Source: a virus (lineage: Duplodnaviria > Caudoviricetes). From it: a stretch of 47,051 nt of DNA. Under the pieces are notes generated by a model. That model had not been told where the DNA came from, did no database searches, and worked only from the letters and a program-made list of their open reading frames with translations. The translations under genes were made by a program, and so were the position numbers. The stretch lies in IMG/VR virus record IMGVR_UViG_3300025782_000021, positions 1 to 47,051 of that record. One strand, 5' to 3'. This document shows, piece after piece, positions 1-7,894 of the stretch (positions within the stretch are counted from its first letter, which is position 1; every line of letters begins with the position of its first letter).

Positions 1-105
1 TCTGTTAGCTTCAACCTGTTGCACATTAGGTGCAGCAGCCATGTTCTGCTGAAGCTGTAAAGCAGCTTGACTACCAGCAGCTACATCGGACATTAAGAGT
101 GGCAT
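1..105 (-). CDS. 5' fragment of putative DNA ejection protein (full copy at 43714-44934)
   Basis: Identical to 44830-44934 (MPLLMSDVAAG...). Confidence 0.85.
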   Translation of the reverse strand, partial: MPLLMSDVAAGSQAALQLQQNMAAAPNVQQVEANR

Positions 106-114
106 AGTTATTCC

Positions 115-750
115 TTAACCGTCAATGCCGGTAGTACCACCAGTTAAACCAGCAAATGCTTGACCAGCACTAGCATTTACATTTCCTGTGCTAGGGTTAT
201 AGATAGTGTTGCCTAAACTATTAGTAGGACCACCAAACAAACCAGCAGTACCGGCAGCACCAATACCTTGACCAAGAGCTTGCCAACCAGCTTGTTGTTG
301 TGCAGCACCAAACTGAGCTGCAGCAGCAGGGTTAAACCCAACACCAGCACCACCAGACAGTTGACTTAAGTAGTTAGTCATAAAGCCAGAGTAGCTTTGT
401 TGACCAAGCTTCTGTAGGGCAGCTTCTTCATTACCAGAGTACAACATACCAGAGGTAGCAGCACTGGCTTTGTTAGCAGCCATAGCAGGATCAACAACAC
501 CTGTTTGGAATTGGGTGTACCCAGGCATCTGTTGAATGTTTGCACTCTGTCCAGGCTGCAAATAACCAGCATACATCTGAGCCAATTGAGCTTGGTATGG
601 AGCCATTGGATTAGCTTGAGCAGTAGCAGAGCCAGGCCCAGAGCCACCAAACCCCAAGGCATTAGTAATAGCGCCACCAGTAAGGGAGTTAATACCACCA
701 GCTATACCTAAGCCAGCAGCTAAACCACCTGCAGTAATTCCAAAAGTCAT
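115..750 (-). CDS. Putative DNA ejection / pilot protein (Gly/Ala/Gln-rich)
   Basis: G/A/Q-rich, lies after the tail tube genes as in P22-like podoviruses; start moved to MTFGIT (GGAG RBS upstream). Confidence 0.6.
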   Translation of the reverse strand: MTFGITAGGLAAGLGIAGGINSLTGGAITNALGFGGSGPGSATAQANPMAPYQAQLAQMYAGYLQPGQSANIQQMPGYTQFQTGVVDPAMAANKASAATSGMLYSGNEEAALQKLGQQSYSGFMTNYLSQLSGGAGVGFNPAAAAQFGAAQQQAGWQALGQGIGAAGTAGLFGGPTNSLGNTIYNPSTGNVNASAGQAFAGLTGGTTGIDG

Positions 751-751
751 T

Positions 752-1267
752 TTAGTTCTCCGTGAGAAGTTCTTTAGTTGAGGCAATTAAACCTAGTTCT
801 TCGTAAGAAGGAGCAATAACTTCTTCTTCCATCTTGTCTAGATTCTCTTCACCCAAGTGTTTTGTGAGGTGAACTGTTACCCAAATAGTATCTTCTTCTG
901 CAATAACAGCACGCTTAAGACCTACCTCAGAAACAAAGATGCAGGGAGCTTCAAAATACTTTGGCCCAAACTCTGTTGACACAGCAACTTTACCTTGCAT
1001 GATAAAGTTTAAATGCTGATGCCTATGTATTTTACCTATGATTAGCGTACCTTTGGGAATAAACATTTGTCGGGCATAAGTGCCACAACCGTACTTCTCA
1101 TCAATAGGAGCGTAGTGGTGAGTTAATTTACAGTCAGGTAAGGTGTCTTTCATCAGACCTTCAGCAGCCATCTTTAACATGCCCTCTTGGACATTCAAGA
1201 TGTTCTCTCTAAACTGAACTTTAGCTAGAGAGTTATTGCTGCTATCAACGGTTACATCTGTACTCAT
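752..1267 (-). CDS. Cupin-like conserved phage protein
   Basis: HHY...GTYARQMFIPKGTLIIGKIHRHQHLN...WVTVH cupin-type His pattern. Confidence 0.6.
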   Translation of the reverse strand: MSTDVTVDSSNNSLAKVQFRENILNVQEGMLKMAAEGLMKDTLPDCKLTHHYAPIDEKYGCGTYARQMFIPKGTLIIGKIHRHQHLNFIMQGKVAVSTEFGPKYFEAPCIFVSEVGLKRAVIAEEDTIWVTVHLTKHLGEENLDKMEEEVIAPSYEELGLIASTKELLTEN

Positions 1268-1270
1268 GTC

Positions 1271-3166
1271 TTACCTTTTATATTGGGGATTACCACCAAC
1301 ACCTTGCTCTTGATCCATCTCACCTATGCGGAAGTCAATCTCAGCAACATCTAAGCGAAGAGGTACATTATCTGTACACAAGAACTGCCAAGACCTACGG
1401 CGATCAGCACCACTTAAATACACTTGAGAACGAGTTGCATTTAGATTAACAGGTCGAGGTACAGAGTAACTAACGTAGTCATTACCTGAATGACTAATGT
1501 ACATAGTACCAGCTACCTTATCACCAACTATTTCTAAACGACCATAGAACTTACGCTTAGTAGTACCGTTGTCCATGATATTAGTAACAGACCTACAGTA
1601 GATAGGTTGTCCGTTATCTTGATAGACTTCAGTGTTTAACTGATACAAGATAGCCCTATCGTCATCTAAGCAGTAGGGGATGTTGTTTAACTCAGCATAG
1701 AACGTAGGACGGAAGTACATCTCATAGTACGTACCTGGGTTAGGTTGATCATTAGATGCCATAGCCCATTGAGTCCATGTGTACCACATCTTCTCATCAA
1801 TGTCGTACACAAGAGTCTTGTTTGAATCGATAAGAGTTAAGACGTAGAACGTATGACCACTAGTCTTGTAGCAGTAAGCACGTACGTTAACTAAGTCATC
1901 AGCTTCTAAGTGACGATCAATGTGGCTAGTAGACACCTTAACAGGAGATACACCATCCATGATGTACACAGACTTGCCGTAGGTACGAGTAGTACCAACC
2001 CACAGTACCGTGTTACTAGTAGCAACAATGCTGTCCCCATTAGCACAACCAATTTCATTGGTGTAGCTGGCAGCTAGTGCAAGAGGAGAACCAGGATAGT
2101 TACCAGCATCGTAGAAGAACTGCGTACTAGTAGCACCAAAAGCTATAAGATAGTTCAGGTGTTTAGCAATACCAACAAGGGTATCTGTAGTCTGTTCAAA
2201 GCTTAAGAAACTAAGAGCGTTCCAAGATTTAGGATCACCAAGGTTGCAGTTGTAGATGCGGTTATTAGTTGTACCTATAAACACATAGTTGTCTAGGAAC
2301 ACAGTACCAGATACAAACGGACCACTAGGAAACGAGTTAAGAGCTGGAGTTAACACAGCTCCGTTACCTAAGTCTTGAATAGTAACCGTACCAGATACGT
2401 CAGCAACGTTAGCAATGTTTAACGTAAGGGTTGTACCGTTGATGCTAGTAATGTAAGCGTTAGGAGCCACACCAGTACCTGTAACGTACATACCTGTATA
2501 TACACCCGTAGCACTGGATACAACGATCTCATAGAACCCATTAAAGCCTGTAGCAGTAGGTGTCTGTGTAGCAGGAAGGTTAACTGTACAAGTACCAGCA
2601 GAGCTAAGACCACTACCAGGGTTAGTCAGGGTTACAGTACTAATAAGCCCGTTAGTAACAGTGGCGGTAGCAGCAGCGCCACTAGCAGAAAGGCTAAGGG
2701 TAATACCACTGCTGTAATTAAGCCCAGGATTGTCAATGCTAATATTGACAAGGTAGGTATTACCAATAGCACTAAAAGAGCCGCCTTGAGTAAGTAGATA
2801 ACCGTTGACTTTGTTTTGAATAAATAAGTAAGAGTCAAGGAATGTCCTTACAAAGTAGCTCTGACTAGTAGATGCAGACGTAGTACCAATGGTACTCACA
2901 GACGGAGTACTAGGATTAATCTGATACACCGTGTTATTAATAACACCAACCAAGTTACCGTTGTACGGGGTTAGCCCTTGTGCTTGGGTGTAAGCGGGTG
3001 GAGTTACGGGTGTTATTTGAGTAATGTATTGCAACCCAGGACGTTTAACCCAATCACGCTTACCACCGCTGCTATCAAAGAAAACGTTAGCAGAGTACGA
3101 GTCAGTAGCAAAAGACCCGCTACGACTTTCAATAGGTTGGGTAAGAGCAATACGTTCGGTAGTCAT
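1271..3166 (-). CDS. Tail hub / DNA stabilisation protein (P22 gp10-like) with a Thr/Ser-rich beta insert
   Basis: 631 aa; N-terminal KRPGL motif, propeller-like repeats, TLVYD..W motif; follows the adaptor gene. Confidence 0.7.
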   Translation of the reverse strand: MTTERIALTQPIESRSGSFATDSYSANVFFDSSGGKRDWVKRPGLQYITQITPVTPPAYTQAQGLTPYNGNLVGVINNTVYQINPSTPSVSTIGTTSASTSQSYFVRTFLDSYLFIQNKVNGYLLTQGGSFSAIGNTYLVNISIDNPGLNYSSGITLSLSASGAAATATVTNGLISTVTLTNPGSGLSSAGTCTVNLPATQTPTATGFNGFYEIVVSSATGVYTGMYVTGTGVAPNAYITSINGTTLTLNIANVADVSGTVTIQDLGNGAVLTPALNSFPSGPFVSGTVFLDNYVFIGTTNNRIYNCNLGDPKSWNALSFLSFEQTTDTLVGIAKHLNYLIAFGATSTQFFYDAGNYPGSPLALAASYTNEIGCANGDSIVATSNTVLWVGTTRTYGKSVYIMDGVSPVKVSTSHIDRHLEADDLVNVRAYCYKTSGHTFYVLTLIDSNKTLVYDIDEKMWYTWTQWAMASNDQPNPGTYYEMYFRPTFYAELNNIPYCLDDDRAILYQLNTEVYQDNGQPIYCRSVTNIMDNGTTKRKFYGRLEIVGDKVAGTMYISHSGNDYVSYSVPRPVNLNATRSQVYLSGADRRRSWQFLCTDNVPLRLDVAEIDFRIGEMDQEQGVGGNPQYKR

Positions 3167-3168
3167 GC

Positions 3169-3945
3169 TTACCGTCCGTAAGAGTTAGTGTTGGTAGACC
3201 TAAACTCAGGCATAAAGAAAGTACTAGAAGCTTCAACGTCCCAATCAGACAGCTTCTCTTTGTACATAGCAGCACGTTGCATAATTTCTTGACGATAGTT
3301 CATAGGAACACCGTACTGCATAGACAGCTCATCAGCTAGTCCCCAGACCAAATAGTTCTGCCATTCAATAGGGAAGTCGGGAGTATCAGTAGACGTACCA
3401 GTGTTTAAAGTAACGTCATTGATAGGCATTTGAGCAATTACGTGCAATTGAATGTTAGTCTGCGAATTAAGGTCAGGAGTCAAGTACACATACAACACAC
3501 CATAGGTACTACGTGGATCGTAGAACAAAGTGTTAGCAGTACCAGTAGAAAACTTAGATCCCAATACGTTGTACTCTTGTTTAGATACAAGTAATACAGG
3601 TGTATCAATAGGAGGAGACACTTGGATGTTACGGTAGAACCCTTGAATGATCTTCAAAGGTTTGTCAGTAATAGCTACCGTAGGATTTAATGAGTCGTAC
3701 ATCAACGTAGAAGAAGATCCACCCAGTGTGTATGTAGTTTGATTAGCTGTAGTGGGGATGATCAACTCAGAGATCTTCCACAACTTAAGACCGTCAATAC
3801 TTGCTTGTTTAATGAGCAAGTTAAGAGCCATCAAAGCATTGGCGTAGGTGTTTGAATCAGGAGTATCTCCAATTTCAAGAACACCTAACCGACCTAATGC
3901 TAGGGATATGATCTGACTGCTGCTAATACTGTAGGTAGAACTCAT
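3169..3945 (-). CDS. Head-tail adaptor / tail tubular protein A-like
   Basis: IISLALGRLGV...ALMALNLLI N-terminus, DFPIEW..YLVWGLA..L..QYG C-terminus; synteny. Confidence 0.65.
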   Translation of the reverse strand: MSSTYSISSSQIISLALGRLGVLEIGDTPDSNTYANALMALNLLIKQASIDGLKLWKISELIIPTTANQTTYTLGGSSSTLMYDSLNPTVAITDKPLKIIQGFYRNIQVSPPIDTPVLLVSKQEYNVLGSKFSTGTANTLFYDPRSTYGVLYVYLTPDLNSQTNIQLHVIAQMPINDVTLNTGTSTDTPDFPIEWQNYLVWGLADELSMQYGVPMNYRQEIMQRAAMYKEKLSDWDVEASSTFFMPEFRSTNTNSYGR

Positions 3946-3950
3946 GTTGT

Positions 3951-4361
3951 TTATCCAATAAGGAAGCTGTTTAAGCTAGGAGCTATCTTACTAGGAACCA
4001 TACAGCCAGGAATACCTGAGCTAGGTATAGCGTATGAACCCTCTAGGGTACACACAGGACGGTATCCGTTATCTTTGTTAGCAGCAGCACAATCAGCTAC
4101 GCCATAGTCTGCAACCCCATTGATACCAATGAGGTCACATACAAAAATAAATTGATCTTGCTGCTCTGATCTAACGAATGGTGGTGTCTGAATATCAGCA
4201 ACACCGTGTACGTAGTCTTGGGGTTGACGAGGTTCCCAATCACCTTGGCAGACCATAAGTCCGTCCCAACGTAACCGTAACTCACTTTCTTTGTACTTGC
4301 GACCACACTGGTCACATATAACTAGCCAGGAACCATTGTCCCATCTTGATCTGTAAGACAT
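3951..4361 (-). CDS. Cys-rich hypothetical protein (CxxC...W.GL.VC..DWEPRQPQ)
   Basis: 136 aa ORF in operon; zinc-binding-like motif. Confidence 0.6.
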   Translation of the reverse strand: MSYRSRWDNGSWLVICDQCGRKYKESELRLRWDGLMVCQGDWEPRQPQDYVHGVADIQTPPFVRSEQQDQFIFVCDLIGINGVADYGVADCAAANKDNGYRPVCTLEGSYAIPSSGIPGCMVPSKIAPSLNSFLIG

Positions 4362-4385
4362 AGAATGTTCCTAGTAACAAGTTTG

Positions 4386-5342
4386 TTAGCGCACCTTTAT
4401 GATTTGACCTCTAAATTCAATGTGGTCTTTATCAAATTTATGTACAAGTTCTGGGTATAACAGTCTGCCATTATGGAATGTTAAGACAGCAAAACCACTG
4501 GCCCAGTTTGTAGGATTGTCTTCAGTATAGTTATAAAATTGTGGTCCGTCAATTTCTGATAGACAACCAGTATCTACACCAAACCTACGTCCATTGTAAT
4601 CTGTAAATCCAGTTACTTTTAAAGCGTGGAGATGTCCTGTAACAATAGATACTCCGCTATTAAGAGTGTTGTTATGAGTAGCATGGATACCACCCTTCCA
4701 ACGATGCTTAACGACTACATCATTTGTAGGCCAACAAGACCAACATATATCCCAAGCAGGTACGTGGTCACTAAGACGACTGCCCTGCACACCTTCGAGT
4801 AAGGGAGCATTAGCTGAGATGTAGTTCTCAAACCTAGCGTCATGGTTCCCAAGTGGGAATGTAAGTTTGACGTTATGCCTAGCTGCCTTAGCAGCATCTT
4901 CTATTTCACCTAACGCTTCTTTGCAAGCCTTAAGTTCTTCAACAAGCGTCGGGTTTTGTGTCCAGCCAATTCTGGGCCATCTACCGCTGGTACTCCCATC
5001 AAAAGCGTCACCGTTACAGATAACAGCCTTTGGCTGGAGTTCCTTAATAAGATGTAACAAACCATCAAAAGCAGTGGAACGAATCCCAGGCCAAAAATGA
5101 GCATCAGAAAATACGATGACAGTTCCATTTTCTATTCCTAGCAGCTTACGAGCTGGATGTTCCCGAGACACTATTCTTTGACCAGAAGTTACTAGAAGTT
5201 CTCCGTATCTTTCCTCTAGGTTTCTTCTACGTTTGTTTAGACCTCTAATGCCTAAACCAGTTATCTCAGAGATTCTAGTCAATGATCCGTGAGTTTCCCA
5301 CAGAGCTTTAAACTCTTGATCACTTACTTTAGGGGTAGGCAT
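4386..5342 (-). CDS. Calcineurin-like metallophosphoesterase with N-terminal HTH-like region
   Basis: SDAH, NGDAFD, GNHD, H and GHLH motifs. Confidence 0.85.
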   Translation of the reverse strand: MPTPKVSDQEFKALWETHGSLTRISEITGLGIRGLNKRRRNLEERYGELLVTSGQRIVSREHPARKLLGIENGTVIVFSDAHFWPGIRSTAFDGLLHLIKELQPKAVICNGDAFDGSTSGRWPRIGWTQNPTLVEELKACKEALGEIEDAAKAARHNVKLTFPLGNHDARFENYISANAPLLEGVQGSRLSDHVPAWDICWSCWPTNDVVVKHRWKGGIHATHNNTLNSGVSIVTGHLHALKVTGFTDYNGRRFGVDTGCLSEIDGPQFYNYTEDNPTNWASGFAVLTFHNGRLLYPELVHKFDKDHIEFRGQIIKVR

Positions 5343-5402
5343 AATTGTTCCAGTCGCAGTTATGGTGGCTCGATTAACACTTGACAGTGTTACGCCAGTA
5401 TG

Positions 5403-5840
5403 TCAAGCGAGGAACAATTTAGATTCTTCTTCTCGCCTTGTCACTAAGCCTGGCAGCACACGACCAGCCGCCTTATTCCATTGTTTGAACTGCTCGGCAG
5501 CACCGTCATAGTCGCTAACGTTCAACAGTTTTAACAAAGTGCTACCCTTGTAGCTACCCATGCCTACGTTGTAAACAAACGAACAGATAGCAGCTTTCTG
5601 ATTGTCATTAAGGGGCACATGAGTAACAGCATCAATGCGATCACCCAGTGTATGCAGACGACCTAACAAGTCTTCTTCAGCTTGTTCTTGTGTCCACACA
5701 GTACCCTTTTCAATGTCAGAACCAGTAGCACCATAGCCAATAGTCCAAGGATCACCACCTGTAGCAGGATCAGGGTAAGCAGTTAGCTTACAACCTTCGT
5801 GACGTTTAATTTCTTGTGCAGCAATTTCTAACCAGCTCAT
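5403..5840 (-). CDS. Endolysin, GH24 (T4-type) lysozyme
   Basis: HEG..L.AYPD.....WTIGYG catalytic E/D/T pattern; SFVYNVG; GLVTRREEE. Confidence 0.95.
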   Translation of the reverse strand: MSWLEIAAQEIKRHEGCKLTAYPDPATGGDPWTIGYGATGSDIEKGTVWTQEQAEEDLLGRLHTLGDRIDAVTHVPLNDNQKAAICSFVYNVGMGSYKGSTLLKLLNVSDYDGAAEQFKQWNKAAGRVLPGLVTRREEESKLFLA

Positions 5841-6304
5841 TGTTTAGGTTCCAATAAAGAGTTGTACGAATCAATACAAGCGTTAAGTTTGTTTATGGCG
5901 TTATCACCACGCTCGGTGAGGGAGACAAGAGCTTGAGCAGCTCCTGGGTCAATGTTGCAGCTTCCGGCGTTATTGGTACTGGCAGTGGTGGGATCACTGG
6001 ACATTGGGCTACTACAGGAACCGGCGATTGACAACCGAACAGAACCAGAGGCAATATGATCCCTAAGCTCTGCAGCAGCTTGATTGGCCTTGGCTTGCGT
6101 AGAGGCCAAATTGCTAGAAATGTTGGCAACTGTTCTGTCTCGTTCATCACTGATCTCCTTTGATCTTTGGTTTGCTGCAGTTAACGCCGCTTGAGCTGCG
6201 GCACGTTCTTCACTTATCCCACGTTGGGCATACTCGTATCCACCAAACAAACAAGCTAGCCAAGTTGTTACTAGGAACAACCAAAAGTACGGATTAAGAA
6301 ACAT
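5837..6304 (-). CDS. Rz-like inner-membrane spanin
   Basis: N-terminal TM helix, Ala-rich coiled coil, C-terminal LNAC; next to endolysin; start at MFLNPY. Confidence 0.8.
   Translation of the reverse strand: MFLNPYFWLFLVTTWLACLFGGYEYAQRGISEERAAAQAALTAANQRSKEISDERDRTVANISSNLASTQAKANQAAAELRDHIASGSVRLSIAGSCSSPMSSDPTTASTNNAGSCNIDPGAAQALVSLTERGDNAINKLNACIDSYNSLLEPKQ
5893..6150 (-). CDS. Rz1-like outer-membrane lipoprotein spanin nested in Rz (start uncertain)
   Basis: Basic then hydrophobic signal ending in lipobox VLFG-C; Pro-rich mature part; fully embedded in another frame of Rz. Confidence 0.75.
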   Translation of the reverse strand: MMNETEQLPTFLAIWPLRKPRPIKLLQSLGIILPLVLFGCQSPVPVVAQCPVIPPLPVPITPEAATLTQELLKLLSPSPSVVITP

Positions 6305-6590
6305 TAGGTTTATTTTCTGAAGTTCGTTCTTGGGTTTTACCCCAACTAGATACACCCATGACAGCACCCATAGCTAGGTGGAACAGACCACCACCTTGCA
6401 GTGTCATAGGTTGCCATTGACGATAGGCATCATTGACAGCTTGTGTCTCAAACTGTTGTACCCACAGGTACAAACAAGGACCAGCAACAAAGTCAAAGAA
6501 ACAAATGAAGCAGTAAGTAAAGCCCATGAGTCCTCGCCAATGGCGGGACATAAAGTCTTCTTGTCTTTTAGTTCTTGTGCTTGTAGCCAT
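6294..6590 (-). CDS. Putative holin
   Basis: Two hydrophobic helices; WR..MG..Y and WQP.TL..GG.FH.AMGA..G...WG.TQE pattern; directly upstream of spanin and endolysin. Confidence 0.65.
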   Translation of the reverse strand: MATSTRTKRQEDFMSRHWRGLMGFTYCFICFFDFVAGPCLYLWVQQFETQAVNDAYRQWQPMTLQGGGLFHLAMGAVMGVSSWGKTQERTSENKPNVS

Positions 6591-7077
6591 GATGCTGTTC
6601 TTTTTTAGCAGTCTCAACAATGTCTGAGACTACATAGTAGCCACCAACAAATAACATAACAAGCAACACAAGGACTAAGCCAATGATCATTGCTTCTTCT
6701 TGTTCTTTTTTAATTTTGTTAGCACGATCTCTAGCAGCTTGTTCAGCATACTTATCAGCTTTGTCCATGCTGGCTGCACGGCTTTTAATATTGTTCCAAA
6801 CATCTACTTTCCCCGCTTGCATGAATAGCATTTGTAGCTCAGTCTCAAACTGTTTAGTTTGCTCCAGAGCCATTTCAATTTGAATGGCAGTGCCCATGTT
6901 AGAGGCATTGCCAGAATCTTTAGCCTCTTTAATTGCTTGAACACCATTGTTCTTAGCATCAAAGTATTTGCCCAATACAGGCCCAAGCGAGGCAACATCG
7001 TCCACCGTTGAACTCATCTTCTTGACGAGTTTTACGGCAGACTGTATTGCTGCTAGGGCTGTAATGGGATCAATCAT
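6568..7077 (-). CDS. Membrane-anchored coiled-coil protein (MIDPITALAA type)
   Basis: 169 aa, C-terminal TM helix, within lysis region. Confidence 0.6.
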   Translation of the reverse strand: MIDPITALAAIQSAVKLVKKMSSTVDDVASLGPVLGKYFDAKNNGVQAIKEAKDSGNASNMGTAIQIEMALEQTKQFETELQMLFMQAGKVDVWNNIKSRAASMDKADKYAEQAARDRANKIKKEQEEAMIIGLVLVLLVMLFVGGYYVVSDIVETAKKEQHHGYKHKN

Positions 7078-7083
7078 TATTGA

Positions 7084-7272
7084 TTATTCTTCAGTGGTTT
7101 CTTCTTCAGCTTCTTCTTCGTCTTCTTCAATGTCGATCCATTCGATATCGTCATTGACAAAAGCAACGATCAAATCAGCCAACTCAACCCATTCGCCATC
7201 TTCGTGACCAACGGTATCAATAGCCAATTCAACAGCACGGAAACGGACATCTTCTTCGGTAGTAAACAACAT
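7084..7272 (-). CDS. Small, very acidic hypothetical protein
   Basis: AAAGGA RBS before MLFTTEED; Glu/Asp-rich tail. Confidence 0.6.
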   Translation of the reverse strand: MLFTTEEDVRFRAVELAIDTVGHEDGEWVELADLIVAFVNDDIEWIDIEEDEEEAEEETTEE

Positions 7273-7338
7273 AGTAGTTCCTTTAAAGCCGCTAGTAATG
7301 GGTAGCGGTAAACCCAAGTACATGCTAGTCTTCAATTA

Positions 7339-7575
7339 TTACTTTCCTGTTAAAGAATGCCAGGCCACAGTAATAGCACCCACAACCACAGTAATGATGC
7401 CAATAGGTTTAGCTAAGGAAGCAATCCAATCTAGAACCTTTAGAGCACCCTTAAGAGCAGAGAACGCTTCTATAAGTTCTTTGGTGTTCTTCTCAATAGC
7501 ATCTACTTTAGCTTCAACTTTAACAAGTCGTTCGTAAATGTCTTCATGGCTAATGGTAGCTACTGTTTCAGACAT
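7339..7575 (-). CDS. Small coiled-coil + TM protein (holin/XhlA-like)
   Basis: ERLVKVEAKVD coiled coil followed by one TM helix. Confidence 0.5.
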   Translation of the reverse strand: MSETVATISHEDIYERLVKVEAKVDAIEKNTKELIEAFSALKGALKVLDWIASLAKPIGIITVVVGAITVAWHSLTGK

Positions 7576-7611
7576 GTTGTTCCTTAAACTATTAGTGTTA
7601 GCCGTTTAACT

Positions 7612-7878
7612 TTAATCGTCTGTGTAGTTAGTAAAATCAGGCAAAGTTTTTAAATGCAAATACGCTTGCTGTAAAAAATTTTGCGATCCAACAACAACAG
7701 ATGGGACAAAGTAATAAACTTTTGTATCTAATAACAAAGTTTTATCGGCAGATAAAAATGTTACTGATACATTTAAACCAAGTTTGCCACCAGAAATACT
7801 GTCAATTCGAGCGTAGGTGTTTGCAGTAACAGGAGTAAAACCAGTTACGTTTTTAGTGTAATTGCCAATTAAAGCCAT
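7612..7878 (-). CDS. Tail fibre accessory / chaperone-like protein
   Basis: 88 aa ending QAYLHLKTLPDF, directly downstream of a tailspike. Confidence 0.5.
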   Translation of the reverse strand: MALIGNYTKNVTGFTPVTANTYARIDSISGGKLGLNVSVTFLSADKTLLLDTKVYYFVPSVVVGSQNFLQQAYLHLKTLPDFTNYTDD

Positions 7879-7894
7879 GATAATTCCTTTAAAC

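Larger units (their letters stand above)
1..2222. repeat. Terminal direct repeat / circular overlap, copy 1 (matches 44830-47051)
   Basis: Sequence and ORFs recur at an offset of 44,829 bp; ~20 substitutions between copies found by eye. Confidence 0.97.

Noticed and set aside
1556-2111. Diversity-generating retroelement TR/VR pair as the cause of the repeat differences
   Set aside because: No reverse transcriptase in the genome; the changes are mostly synonymous transitions and not adenine-specific.
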